A stretch of 62,602 bases of DNA. It comes from a virus. A program made the position numbers and the translations under genes. Shown here piece after piece: positions 1-8,729 of this stretch. Each line of letters begins with the position of its first letter. Position 1 is the first letter of the stretch. The notes under the pieces are model-generated. The model saw nothing but the letters and a program-made list of their open reading frames with translations, had not been told where the DNA came from and did no database searches. Location: IMG/VR virus record IMGVR_UViG_3300046460_000197, positions 1 through 62,602 of that record. The stretch is one strand, 5' to 3'.

Positions 1-1
1 C

Positions 2-448
2 CAGGGGTCCGAAAACCGGACCTCTAGGGGTCCGGTCACCGGACCCCATAACCAGAACCACAGAAACCACGTAGAAGAAGAAGCTTCTGTTGAGGCTCCG
101 GCTCGCCAGATCAGCAGCGAGCAGAAGCGCGAGTTCGGCCGGTTCTGGCACAACCACCCGAAGAGCAAGGACTACGACAAGACCCTCGAGGCGTGGACCG
201 AAGCGGTCCTCGCCGGAGCGGACCCCGTAGCCATCTCGGCCGCCGCCCTTGCCTATGCCCGCGAGATGGCTGGCCAGGAATTCCGATTCGTCAAGCAGTC
301 CGCGAACTGGGTCCGCGAGCGCCGCTATGAGGACAAGTTCGCCCCCGAGCCGAGCCCGGACGGCCGCCCCTCGCTGCGCGCCGTCTCCGGCGGCTACCAG
401 CCGTACCGCAACCCCACCGACCAATCCGTCTACGACGAGGACTTCTGA
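2..448 (+). CDS. C-terminal part of junction-spanning replication-initiator-like protein (continues from 62202..62602)
   Basis: Open frame from nt 2 to TGA 446-448 (QGSENRTSRGPVTGPHNQ...RNPTDQSVYDEDF*). It is in frame with the 62202 ORF when the ends are joined, has unbiased composition, and lies immediately upstream of the DnaC-like and DnaB genes. Confidence 0.6.
   Translation, partial: QGSENRTSRGPVTGPHNQNHRNHVEEEASVEAPARQISSEQKREFGRFWHNHPKSKDYDKTLEAWTEAVLAGADPVAISAAALAYAREMAGQEFRFVKQSANWVRERRYEDKFAPEPSPDGRPSLRAVSGGYQPYRNPTDQSVYDEDF
6..45. repeat. Iteron copies 4 and 5 of the origin-like array (GGTCCGAAAACCGGACC 6-22; GGTCCGGTCACCGGACC 29-45)
   Basis: 17-bp elements with perfect inverted arms GGTCCG/CGGACC, continuing the array at 62496-62602. 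Confidence 0.6.
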
Positions 449-1158
449 TGCAGTACATCCCGCCCGCCAGCCTGCGAGGCCAGAACACCGCCCCGCTCCT
501 CGCCGCCCGCGGCCTCGCCGCCGACTGGCTCGACCTCAACGACTTCGACCCCCACAGTCCCGCCAACGTCGCCCGCTACACCTACGCCGAGGTCTCCCGC
601 CTGGTGCCCTTCCACTACCGCGGCGCCGTCACCTCGCTGCCGCAGCTGGCCGCCTGGATCGACACGCTCGTTGCCGCCGCCCGCGAATGGCAGGCCGAGC
701 GGGGCGCACCGATCGCCAGCATCATCCACGGCCCCTCGCTGCTGCTCCTCGGCGCCACCGGCGTCGGCAAGACCCACGAGGCCTACGGGGCGATGCGGGA
801 GCTGGCCGTGACCGGAGTCCGCGGCGAGTGGGCCGTGACGACCGCCGCCGACCTGTACGCGGCCCTGCGCCCCCGCCACGGCGTCGACTCGGAGGCCGAG
901 TTCCGCCGCTACCGGGACGCCCGCCTGCTCCTCATCGACGACCTCGGGGCCGAGCGCAAGCCCACCGAGTTCACCGAAGAGATCAACTTCCGGCTGATCA
1001 ACCACCGCTACGAGCATCACCTTCCCACCCTGATGACCTCCAACGTCGACCCCAAGGAGCTTGCCGGCCGCCTCGGCGACCGCGTCGTCTCCCGCCTCGC
1101 CGAGATGTGCCAGCGCGTCCCGATGAAGGGCAACGACCGCCGGAGGACCGCCGCGTGA
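448..1158 (+). CDS. DnaC/IstB-like AAA+ helicase loader
   Basis: 236 aa. Walker A LLLLGATGVGKTH, Walker B LLLIDDLG. ATGA overlap with the upstream ORF and GTGA overlap with dnaB. Confidence 0.8.
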   Translation: MQYIPPASLRGQNTAPLLAARGLAADWLDLNDFDPHSPANVARYTYAEVSRLVPFHYRGAVTSLPQLAAWIDTLVAAAREWQAERGAPIASIIHGPSLLLLGATGVGKTHEAYGAMRELAVTGVRGEWAVTTAADLYAALRPRHGVDSEAEFRRYRDARLLLIDDLGAERKPTEFTEEINFRLINHRYEHHLPTLMTSNVDPKELAGRLGDRVVSRLAEMCQRVPMKGNDRRRTAA

Positions 1159-2543
1159 CCACCGACACCGAGATGTGGGTCGCCGACGAGGCCGCCCTCG
1201 ACTCCGCCCCGCGGCCGCCCGAGCGGCCCCGCGACGTCGAGGCCGAACGCATCCTCGTCGCCACCGCCATGCAGCAGCCGGCCGTCATCGACGAGCTCGC
1301 CGCCGAAGGATTCGACCCCGCCGACATCACCACCGACGCCTACCGCTGGATCTGGTGGGCCGTGGAAGAGCTCCGCACCCACTTCCGGGACGGGGAACTC
1401 CGCCACCTCGCCGTCCACCGCCAGCTCGAGGCCTGGCACGCCGACGGCCGCATGCCCAGCACCCGCGTCCCCAGCCCCGAACAGCTCTTCGAGCTCAACC
1501 TGTCCGCCCACCCGGGCGCCGCATCCTGGTACGCCGCCCGCGTCGTCAAGAAGGCCGTCGCCGCCCGCGTCGTCGCCCTCGGCTACGACGCCATCCTCAA
1601 GGGCACCTCGCCGGCCTTCGACGAGGACACCGACGTCGCCGCGATCCAGGCCGACCTCGACGGCGCCATCCGACCGACCGAAGATGCCGAACTCTCCGCG
1701 ATCGGCGACCTGGTCGGCGGGAGCCTGGTCCGCGCCGTCACCCCGCCCACCGACGAAGATCGCGTTCCCACCGGCTTCATGGACCTCGACAGCCTGTTCT
1801 CCGGCGGGTTCACCGGCGGGCAGATGGTCGTCGTCGGCGCGCGGCCGGCGATGGGCAAGTCGACGCTCGCCCAGGACTTCGCCCGCGGCGCCGCCATCCG
1901 CGCGAAGATCCCCACGCTCATCGAGTCGCTGGAGATGAGCAAGGACGACCTGTCCGACCGGATCCTGTGCGCCGAAGCCCGCATCCCCCTGCACCACCTG
2001 CGACAGGGCATCGTCTCCGACAGCGACGTCGCCCGCGCCGCGGCCCGCGTGCAGGACACCATCGCCGACGCCCCGCTCTACATCAACGACGGCGCCCTGC
2101 TGTCCCTGGCGAGCCTGCGCGCCCGAGTCCGCAACCTCGTCCGTACCCGCGGACTCCGCCTCGTGATCATCGACTACCTGCAGCTCATGCAGGTCGGCCG
2201 GGCCGACAACCGGCAGCAGGCCGTTGCCGACCTGTCCCGCGGGCTGAAGCTCCTGGCGAAGGACTTCGACATCACCGTCGTCGTCCTGTGCCAGCTCAAC
2301 CGCGGGCCCGAGCAGCGCACCGAGAAGAAGCCGATGGTGTCCGACCTGCGCGAGTCCGGGGCGATCGAGCAGGACGCCGACATCGTGATCCTGCTGCACC
2401 GCGAGGACGCCTACGACAAGGAGACCCCGCGGGCCGGCGAGGCGGACCTGATCGTCGGCAAGCACCGCAACGGGCCCACGGCCACGATCACCGCCGCGTT
2501 CCAGGGTCACTTCGCCCGCTTCTGCGACATGGCCCAGACCTGA
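1155..2543 (+). CDS. dnaB: Replicative DNA helicase DnaB
   Basis: GTG at 1155 inside the long frame 249..2543. The upstream part of that frame is R/P-rich off-frame junk. Motifs: GFMDLD, GARPAMGKST (Walker A), VIIDYLQLM, SDLRESGAIEQDADIV. Confidence 0.9.
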   Translation: MTTDTEMWVADEAALDSAPRPPERPRDVEAERILVATAMQQPAVIDELAAEGFDPADITTDAYRWIWWAVEELRTHFRDGELRHLAVHRQLEAWHADGRMPSTRVPSPEQLFELNLSAHPGAASWYAARVVKKAVAARVVALGYDAILKGTSPAFDEDTDVAAIQADLDGAIRPTEDAELSAIGDLVGGSLVRAVTPPTDEDRVPTGFMDLDSLFSGGFTGGQMVVVGARPAMGKSTLAQDFARGAAIRAKIPTLIESLEMSKDDLSDRILCAEARIPLHHLRQGIVSDSDVARAAARVQDTIADAPLYINDGALLSLASLRARVRNLVRTRGLRLVIIDYLQLMQVGRADNRQQAVADLSRGLKLLAKDFDITVVVLCQLNRGPEQRTEKKPMVSDLRESGAIEQDADIVILLHREDAYDKETPRAGEADLIVGKHRNGPTATITAAFQGHFARFCDMAQT

Positions 2544-2758
2544 TGACCGTCGACCCGGCGGACATCGCCGCGCTCCGTGAGCAAGGCGACCTCAAGGACT
2601 ACCTGCTCTCCCTTGCGGGCCGCACTCCGACCAAGCCGAAGCCGGCTGTCGCCGAGCCGACCGGGCCCGGCTACCACATCGCCCGCCCCGGGGCCTGGCC
2701 GTGCGGTACCGCCGCCACCGGCCCGACACCGCCGCCGTGCACGCACCCGACCGCCTGA
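2543..2758 (+). CDS. Hypothetical protein (71 aa)
   Basis: ATG 2543 overlaps the dnaB stop (TGATG). MTVDPADIAALREQGDLKDYLL..., with a Pro-rich tail. Confidence 0.5.
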   Translation: MTVDPADIAALREQGDLKDYLLSLAGRTPTKPKPAVAEPTGPGYHIARPGAWPCGTAATGPTPPPCTHPTA

Positions 2759-2792
2759 CCCAACCCACCCCCTACCAACCGAGGGATAGCCC

Positions 2793-3248
2793 GTGACCAG
2801 CAACGATGCACCCAACAGCCCCGACCTCGACGCCATCGAAACCCGCACCAACGCCGCCACACCCGGACCCTGGTGCACCGACTCGTGGGAGATCTACCAA
2901 GGCACCGCATACGTGCCCGGCATCTCGATGTGGATCGGCGAGACCTGCCGCGGCACCACCAGCCCGGAGCAGGACCGAGCCGACGCTGAGTTCGTCGCTG
3001 CCGCCCGCACCGACGTGCCCGCGCTGCTCGCCGAGGTCGCCCGCTTGAAGAGGCAGCGCGAGTACCTGCTCGGCCAGCTCGCCAAACGGGACGCCGAGTC
3101 GGGGCGCGAGGAGGCGGCGCTCCGGAAGCTCCTGGCCAGTGAGGAGCCGATCTGTGGTGACGAGAACGACGGCGACTGGTGCGAGCTGGAGACCGGCCAC
3201 GACGGCAACCACCGGGCCGACACCGCCGAGTGGGCCCCCACCCCCTGA
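2793..3248 (+). CDS. Hypothetical protein (151 aa) with coiled-coil segment
   Basis: GTG start. Natural composition (TPGPWCTDSWEIYQG...LLAEVARLKRQREYLLGQL). Confidence 0.65.
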   Translation: MTSNDAPNSPDLDAIETRTNAATPGPWCTDSWEIYQGTAYVPGISMWIGETCRGTTSPEQDRADAEFVAAARTDVPALLAEVARLKRQREYLLGQLAKRDAESGREEAALRKLLASEEPICGDENDGDWCELETGHDGNHRADTAEWAPTP

Positions 3249-3296
3249 CCTGCCGTGATCGCCCGCCCGCGACCCCACCCACCCCGGAGGCAACCA

Positions 3297-4274
3297 ATGC
3301 CCATGACAACAGACGAGACGCAGCGTCTCGCCGCCGCTGAACCCGCCCTACGCCTGCTCTCCCTGGGCGCTGGCGTCCAGTCCACAACCCTGCTCCTCCT
3401 CGCCGCCGAGGGTCGCCTGCCCGGCCTGGACGGCGCGATCTTCGCCGACACGGGCTGGGAGCCTGCCGCCGTCTACGAGCACCTTGACCGCATTGACCGC
3501 GAGGTCGCCCAGCCCGCCGGGATCCCGATCTACCGCGTCTCGGTCGGCAACATCCGCAACGACGCCCTCGACCCCGAGCACCGGTTCGCCTCGATGCCGC
3601 TGTTCGTCAAGAACCCCGACGGCGGCGACGGGATGACCCGACGCCAGTGCACGTCCGAGTACAAGCTGAAGCCGATCAAGGCGCAGGCGCGGCAGCTCCT
3701 CGGCTACCCGCACCCGCGGCCCGTGCCGCGCGGCATGCACGCCGAGCAGTGGATCGGGATCAGCCGCGACGAGATCGGCCGCGCCAAGGACTCCGGCATC
3801 CAGTACCTGAAGTCGGTCCACCCGCTCCTCGACATGGACGGCGCTGCCGACGGACGCCAGGGATGGACGCGCAGCGACTGCCTGCGCTACCTGCGCGCCA
3901 ACGGCTGGGCATCCACGCCGAAGAGCGCATGCATCGGCTGCCCGTTCCACGGCAACGCCCAGTGGCGCGCGCTCCGAGACGGCAATCCGCAGGAGTGGGC
4001 GGACGCCGTCGACTTCGACCACGCCATCCGCTCCGGCAACGCCCGCGGCAACGCGAACGGCAAGCCCCTGCTGGGCGAGGCGTACCTGCACCGCTCCCGC
4101 CTGCCGCTCGACCGGGCCCCCATCGACCGCGTCACCGCGCACGAGTGGGCCAGCAAGCAGACCGACATCTTCGGCCAGATCGCTGACGCCGAGCTGGAGG
4201 AGGGCGACCCCGACGGCTGCTCCCCGTGGGCCTGCCGCTCCGGACAGCCCGTTGCCGCAGACGACGCCGCCTGA
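3297..4274 (+). CDS. PAPS-reductase / PP-loop ATP-pyrophosphatase family protein (DndC-like fold)
   Basis: ATG 3297 lies 6 nt after GGAGG. PP-loop-like LSLGAGVQSTTLLLLA. The C-terminal Cys cluster CIGCPFH is typical of phage PAPS-reductase-like proteins. Confidence 0.75.
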   Translation: MPMTTDETQRLAAAEPALRLLSLGAGVQSTTLLLLAAEGRLPGLDGAIFADTGWEPAAVYEHLDRIDREVAQPAGIPIYRVSVGNIRNDALDPEHRFASMPLFVKNPDGGDGMTRRQCTSEYKLKPIKAQARQLLGYPHPRPVPRGMHAEQWIGISRDEIGRAKDSGIQYLKSVHPLLDMDGAADGRQGWTRSDCLRYLRANGWASTPKSACIGCPFHGNAQWRALRDGNPQEWADAVDFDHAIRSGNARGNANGKPLLGEAYLHRSRLPLDRAPIDRVTAHEWASKQTDIFGQIADAELEEGDPDGCSPWACRSGQPVAADDAA

Positions 4275-4348
4275 CCACCGCAGTACGGGCCGCTCCTGCA
4301 GCAATCAGGAGCGGCCCGCCGGCCCAGCATCCCACCCGGAGGAACCCG

Positions 4349-5494
4349 ATGACCGAGCACACCACCGAGACCGCCCTGTCGCTGCTCTACCGGTACGGCC
4401 TGCCTGAGGACGTCATCGACGGCGCGCTCAGCCTGCACGCCCAGGAATTGGCCGCGACGATCCGCACGACCGACCTGCCGGACTGGTTCACCGATGTCGA
4501 CCTCTTCGAGAACGGCGTGGGCTGGGCGGCTGATCTGATCACCCCGGGCCAGCAGCCGACGGCCGCCGCGTCTGTGGTGCGACCGCCCGCCACCGACCGC
4601 ACGGCGTGCCGCACGGCGCAGCACTGCGCGTACCACGGCTGGTGCCGCCGCTGCGCTCCCCAGTTCGCCGCCGTGATGAGCCGCGTCAACGTGGCGATCC
4701 AGCGCACCGACGCGGACGAGTCGCACTGGGGGCCGGTGTACGAGGCTGTCGGCAAGGCGCTGCTGGACGCGGTGCTGCCCGAGCCCGCAGACCGGGCGGC
4801 CCTCCGCGGCCTCGTCGGCCGGGTGTTGCGGCCGTGGATGGTGGGCGGCGATGACGCGGACGTCACCCGACGGGTGGGGCATGCCGCCGATGCGGTGATG
4901 GCCCTGATGCCCGCGCAGGCAGACCGGGCGGCCGTACTGCGGGAGGTGGAGCAGCACATTCGGGAGCTCGCCCGCGCGACCTTCCAGCCCTACTACAGCA
5001 GCGCCTACGCCACCCTGGCCGACGACATCAGCCGTCTGGCCGCCGAGTCTGCCGCCGACACACCGGACCAGACGGACGAGGCGTTCGTCCCCCCGGCGGC
5101 GCGCAACCTCCCGGCAGGCACGTTGGAGGCCGCCGAGATCGGCGCCAACCGGCTCGACGCCTGGGCCCGCACCCCGAACGGCCGGAACTTCCTCGCCCAC
5201 GCCCTCGTGCAGCTGGCCCGTACCGGCTGGCTGCGGACCGAGCCCGCCGACGGGTGGGAGCCGATGGGCGACGCCGCCGAGCCTGCCGTTGGCGGGGCGC
5301 GGCAGCCGAAGGACACCGACCGCGTCGTCGCCTACCGGCACCCCGCCACTGGCGCGCTGTTCTGCGTCCGTAGCGCCCCGAGGAATCCCGGCGACATCTG
5401 GACCCCGGTCACCGCCGAGGAACTGGAAGACGGCGGCGTGTGCGTCGGGTGCGGCGCGGACGTCCTCATCGAGCAGCAGCCGACGGAGGCGTGA
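4349..5494 (+). CDS. Hypothetical protein (381 aa)
   Basis: ATG 4349 after GGAGGA. Natural composition; C-terminal CVRS...CVGCG Cys pairs. Confidence 0.65.
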   Translation: MTEHTTETALSLLYRYGLPEDVIDGALSLHAQELAATIRTTDLPDWFTDVDLFENGVGWAADLITPGQQPTAAASVVRPPATDRTACRTAQHCAYHGWCRRCAPQFAAVMSRVNVAIQRTDADESHWGPVYEAVGKALLDAVLPEPADRAALRGLVGRVLRPWMVGGDDADVTRRVGHAADAVMALMPAQADRAAVLREVEQHIRELARATFQPYYSSAYATLADDISRLAAESAADTPDQTDEAFVPPAARNLPAGTLEAAEIGANRLDAWARTPNGRNFLAHALVQLARTGWLRTEPADGWEPMGDAAEPAVGGARQPKDTDRVVAYRHPATGALFCVRSAPRNPGDIWTPVTAEELEDGGVCVGCGADVLIEQQPTEA

Positions 5495-5497
5495 ACC

Positions 5498-5734
5498 GTG
5501 GCCACCTACACCACCGAGAGCGTGACCCTCACCATCCGCCGCTGGATCGTCCCCGCCGTCGAACCGTGGGGCGCCACGGCAGCCGAGATCAGCAAGGCGT
5601 GGGCGGCGGCCGAGTTGGACTACCGCCGCCACCGCGGAATCCCGCAGGAGCAGCCGCTCGCCGACGACGCGCTGAGGTTCCGGATTCGGGACGGCGAGAT
5701 CGTCATCAGCTTCGAGTTCGAGACGCCGTCGTGA
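5498..5734 (+). CDS. Hypothetical protein (78 aa)
   Basis: GTG start 4 nt after the upstream stop. MATYTTESVTLTIRRWIVPAVEPWG... Confidence 0.6.
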   Translation: MATYTTESVTLTIRRWIVPAVEPWGATAAEISKAWAAAELDYRRHRGIPQEQPLADDALRFRIRDGEIVISFEFETPS

Positions 5735-5999
5735 TCGCCCTAGGCCCGCGGCGGGGGCTGAGTGTCCGTCTGTGGGCCCCAGAGGGCTCGGAGGTCCCGG
5801 CGGAGGGCCGGGGCGCTACGGACGCGTCAGACGGGCGTACACGGCCTCCGCGCCCGACGAGTGCGCCCACAGCGCCCCCGTCCAGCCCGCCCATGCGTCG
5901 CCTGAGCGCCCCGCAGGACGACCGTGGCCCTTTTCTCGCACCGACCCGCCCCGGGCCCGCACAGAGCCGTCTGTGCCCGCACGCACCCGAGGAGACCCC

Positions 6000-6128
6000 G
6001 TGAGCCACACCGAGTTCTGGGCCACCGAGGAGCTCCCCGGCATCGCCTGGGACCCCGACGCCGAACCACCCGACGACGCCGACGAACCGGGCGTCGAGAC
6101 CGTGACCGTGATGGGAGACCTCCTGTGA
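6000..6128 (+). CDS. Hypothetical small acidic protein (42 aa)
   Basis: GTG 6000 after GAGGAG. VSHTEFWATEELPGIAWDPDAEPPDD... Its stop overlaps the next start. Confidence 0.4.
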   Translation: MSHTEFWATEELPGIAWDPDAEPPDDADEPGVETVTVMGDLL

Positions 6129-6415
6129 ACCGAACCCGCGCCCCCAAGCCCAACCAGCACGAACGCGCCCAGCGCCGGGCCACCATCGAGACCCTCCTCG
6201 GCCGGGCCCTCCGCGGCGTCCTCACCATCCCCGAAGCCGCCGTCCTCGCCGACTACATGCGGGCCGAGTGGCGCGTCGCCGACAAGACCCGCGTATCCCT
6301 CGGCGACACCACCCGCGCCCTCGCCAGCCACCGGGCCGCCGCCGACGCCGAAATCCAGCGGCTCGAAGCCCGCATCGCCGAACTCACCGACCAGCGGCGA
6401 GAGGCAGCCGCGTGA
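6125..6415 (+). CDS. Hypothetical protein (96 aa), C-terminal coiled coil
   Basis: GTGA overlaps on both sides. ...AADAEIQRLEARIAELTDQRREAAA. Confidence 0.55.
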   Translation: MNRTRAPKPNQHERAQRRATIETLLGRALRGVLTIPEAAVLADYMRAEWRVADKTRVSLGDTTRALASHRAAADAEIQRLEARIAELTDQRREAAA

Positions 6416-6789
6416 ACGACAGCCCGCTCCGACAGCAGATCGCCGAGGCCCTGCTCCGCGTCCTTCACCCGCTCGGTCCCCACCTTGCCACCCCCGACGA
6501 ACGCCGGATCGTCAACGACTTCGCCGACGCCGTCCTCGCCGTGATCCTCCCGCACGGCAAGTTCCTCGGCGACCAGTTGCGGGAGTCGGAGGGCGCTCTC
6601 CTGCGCGTCCTGGCGGCCGTTGAGCAGCTCGGCAATGAGCCCCACCCCAGCCACGATCACCCCTGCCCTGACGACGTCCTCAAGGCCGTCCGCGACGCCC
6701 TCACCGCCCCCGCCCACGACGCCGGCCCCACCGTCGCCGAAGCCGCCGCCAACGACCGGCGCTGGCCGCTCGAGAAGGCAGGCGAGTGA
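6412..6789 (+). CDS. Hypothetical protein (125 aa)
   Basis: GTG 6412 overlaps the upstream stop. VNDSPLRQQIAEALLRVLHPLG... Confidence 0.6.
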   Translation: MNDSPLRQQIAEALLRVLHPLGPHLATPDERRIVNDFADAVLAVILPHGKFLGDQLRESEGALLRVLAAVEQLGNEPHPSHDHPCPDDVLKAVRDALTAPAHDAGPTVAEAAANDRRWPLEKAGE

Positions 6790-7091
6790 TGGACGAGGTC
6801 AAGGTCATCAACTACTGGGGCCCCGCCTGCGAGACGGGCCGCCACTTCCCCCCGCACCCCGACATGACCTGCGACGAAGCCGACGAATGGATCCGGGTGC
6901 GCGATCGCATCCTCGGCGACTACCTTGCCGCCGCCTGGGACGACTTCGCCCGCCAGCGCGACCCGCTCACCGGCACCGCCTTCGCCGTCCCCGCCAAGCC
7001 GGCCGCCGAACTCCCCGAGCGAGACGCCGTACATCGTGCCCTCGCCATGCTCCGCCCCAGCCTCATCTGGGACCACCGCTACCGCGCCTGA
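6786..7091 (+). CDS. Hypothetical protein (101 aa)
   Basis: GTGATG overlap with the upstream gene. MMDEVKVINYWGPACETGRHFPPHPDMTCDEADEW... Confidence 0.65.
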   Translation: MMDEVKVINYWGPACETGRHFPPHPDMTCDEADEWIRVRDRILGDYLAAAWDDFARQRDPLTGTAFAVPAKPAAELPERDAVHRALAMLRPSLIWDHRYRA

Positions 7092-7130
7092 TCCACCGCC
7101 CCGCCCGCACGCCCCGCAAGGAGAGCCGCC

Positions 7131-7787
7131 GTGAACGACGCCCCGACGCCCGCCTGCATCGTCTGCCGCCACGACCTCTACGCCGACGAATGGGACCGGT
7201 ACTGCTGCCGCCCCTGCCAGGACCGCATCGACGCAGACCTCGCCACCCTCGCCGGCCCCGCCACCTGGCACGACGGCCACCTCGTCTCCGGCCTCTTCGC
7301 CGCCCTCCCCACCGAACTCGAACCCAGCAGCGGCAGCCGCGGCCCGCGCGTCTCCGGCAGCAAAAGCGCCCCCGCCCCCGCCCGCATGGACCCCCTCAGC
7401 CAGAGCGCCCACGGCGGCCTCGTCAACGACCTCGAAGAATGGGTCGGCGACTGGGAATCACGCGGCTACGCCACCCGCTGCCGCGCCGTCCGACCCCAGT
7501 ACCGCATGGACCAGGCCGTCGCGACGCTCCGCTTCAACCTCGACACCGCCGTCCGCCGACACGAAGCGATCAGTTCCTTCGCCGAAGACGTCCGCACGAT
7601 CCGCGGCACCTGCGAAGGGCTCATCGTCGGTGCTCGGCCGCCCAAGCCGCTGCACGCCGCCTGCCACTGCGGAACCCGCATCACCTTCAACCTCAACACC
7701 GAATACCGGCACTGCAAAGGCTGCGGCACCGACTACGGGCACACCGCACTGATCGAACTCGTCCTCGCCGAAAGGCGGGCCGCGTGA
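7131..7787 (+). CDS. Hypothetical protein with two zinc-ribbon-like Cys clusters (218 aa)
   Basis: CIVCRH...CCRPCQ at the N-terminus and CHCG...CKGCG at the C-terminus. Confidence 0.65.
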   Translation: MNDAPTPACIVCRHDLYADEWDRYCCRPCQDRIDADLATLAGPATWHDGHLVSGLFAALPTELEPSSGSRGPRVSGSKSAPAPARMDPLSQSAHGGLVNDLEEWVGDWESRGYATRCRAVRPQYRMDQAVATLRFNLDTAVRRHEAISSFAEDVRTIRGTCEGLIVGARPPKPLHAACHCGTRITFNLNTEYRHCKGCGTDYGHTALIELVLAERRAA

Positions 7788-8236
7788 CCGAGAAGCCCAC
7801 CCCCGAGATCGCCGCGCAACTCCTCGCTGCCCTATGCGGCGAGGCCCCCGCGATCATCTGCCCAACCCGCTGCGAGCCCCGCATGTACGGCGAGCACCAC
7901 GACCCGCCCGCCCCGCACCCCTGGGCCGGACCCGAAGACGTCGCCCATGCCGCCGCGACCGGCCAGCCGGAACCCACCGGGAACTGTGGCTGCAACTGCG
8001 CCCGGGAAGCCACCGCCGAGGAGCAGCTCCGCGCCCGCGTTCGCGCCGCACTCAAAGCCGCAGGCCTCTCCCAAGCCGAGGCCTGCCGCCAACTCGGCTG
8101 CTCCACCAAGCACATGAACATGATGCTCACCGGCAAATCCACCCTCACCCTGACCTGGGCAGAAGGCATCCTCGGCCTCTGCGGACACAGCCTCGTCATC
8201 GACATTCGGCCCGACGACCCCAAGGAGCGGCCGTGA
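7784..8236 (+). CDS. XRE-type helix-turn-helix protein (150 aa)
   Basis: GTG 7784 (GTGA overlap). C-terminal HTH: LKAAGLSQAEACRQLGCSTKHMNMMLTGKSTLTLTWAEGI. Only the last 150 aa of track ORF 6620..8236 look real. Confidence 0.65.
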   Translation: MTEKPTPEIAAQLLAALCGEAPAIICPTRCEPRMYGEHHDPPAPHPWAGPEDVAHAAATGQPEPTGNCGCNCAREATAEEQLRARVRAALKAAGLSQAEACRQLGCSTKHMNMMLTGKSTLTLTWAEGILGLCGHSLVIDIRPDDPKERP

Positions 8237-8448
8237 CCGACCACGCCACCGACCGGCTGCCCATCGTCACCGACAGCCAGGGCCACGCCTACCTCGGCGC
8301 CGACGCCGTCGTCGCGTTGCTGCGGGCCATCGCCGAAAGCTGCCGGACCCTCGCCGACCAGCCCGACTACGGCCTCGACGCGGTCGCCGTCGCCATCGAA
8401 ATGGAGGCCGACAACCTGGACTGCCGGGCGATCATGAGAACCAGATGA
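8233..8448 (+). CDS. Hypothetical protein (71 aa)
   Basis: GTGA overlap; last gene before the strong terminator. Confidence 0.55.
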   Translation: MTDHATDRLPIVTDSQGHAYLGADAVVALLRAIAESCRTLADQPDYGLDAVAVAIEMEADNLDCRAIMRTR

Positions 8449-8449
8449 C

Positions 8450-8488
8450 GAAGGGCCCCTCGACCGCCGTCCGGTCGAGGGGCCCTTC
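8450..8488. terminator. Bidirectional intrinsic terminator hairpin between converging operons
   Basis: Perfect 17-bp stem GAAGGGCCCCTCGACCG / CGGTCGAGGGGCCCTTC with a 5-nt loop. Confidence 0.8.
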
Positions 8489-8495
8489 GCTGTGC

Positions 8496-8660
8496 TCAGT
8501 TGGCCGGCTGGTTGGAGCCGGGGCAGGTGCTCCCATTCGCGCCCTGGTGGATCGTTGTCGGCTGCCCCTTCTCCGATCCGACGATCGCACCGCAGCTCGG
8601 GCAGTTCCCCGCGAGCCGGCCAGGATCGAAGCGGGCACTGCGGCCGTGCAAGCAGTCCAT
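8496..8660 (-). CDS. Possible small Cys-containing protein (54 aa)
   Basis: ATG preceded by GGAGGTCCGC. MDCLHGRSARFDPGRLAGNCPSCGAIVGSEKG... Short, so uncertain. Confidence 0.35.
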   Translation of the reverse strand: MDCLHGRSARFDPGRLAGNCPSCGAIVGSEKGQPTTIHQGANGSTCPGSNQPAN

Positions 8661-8729
8661 GCGGACCTCCAAACAGTGAGGTCCCGCCAGACTGCTCCCG
8701 CCAACCGAAGCCGTACAGGGCGCGCGCAA

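Noticed and set aside
249-2543. 764-aa track ORF spanning the DnaC-like gene and dnaB
   Set aside because: The first roughly 300 aa are Arg/Pro/Ala-rich off-frame translation overlapping the well-formed 448..1158 gene. Only the part from GTG 1155 onward (DnaB motifs) is credible.
6620-8236. 538-aa ORF across several early genes
   Set aside because: The N-terminal roughly 390 aa are Pro/Arg junk overlapping better ORFs in other frames. Only the last 150 aa (the HTH protein from GTG 7784) were kept. The same logic was applied to 38229..40352, 40286..41338, 57175..58710, 43194..44075 and 41269..42822.
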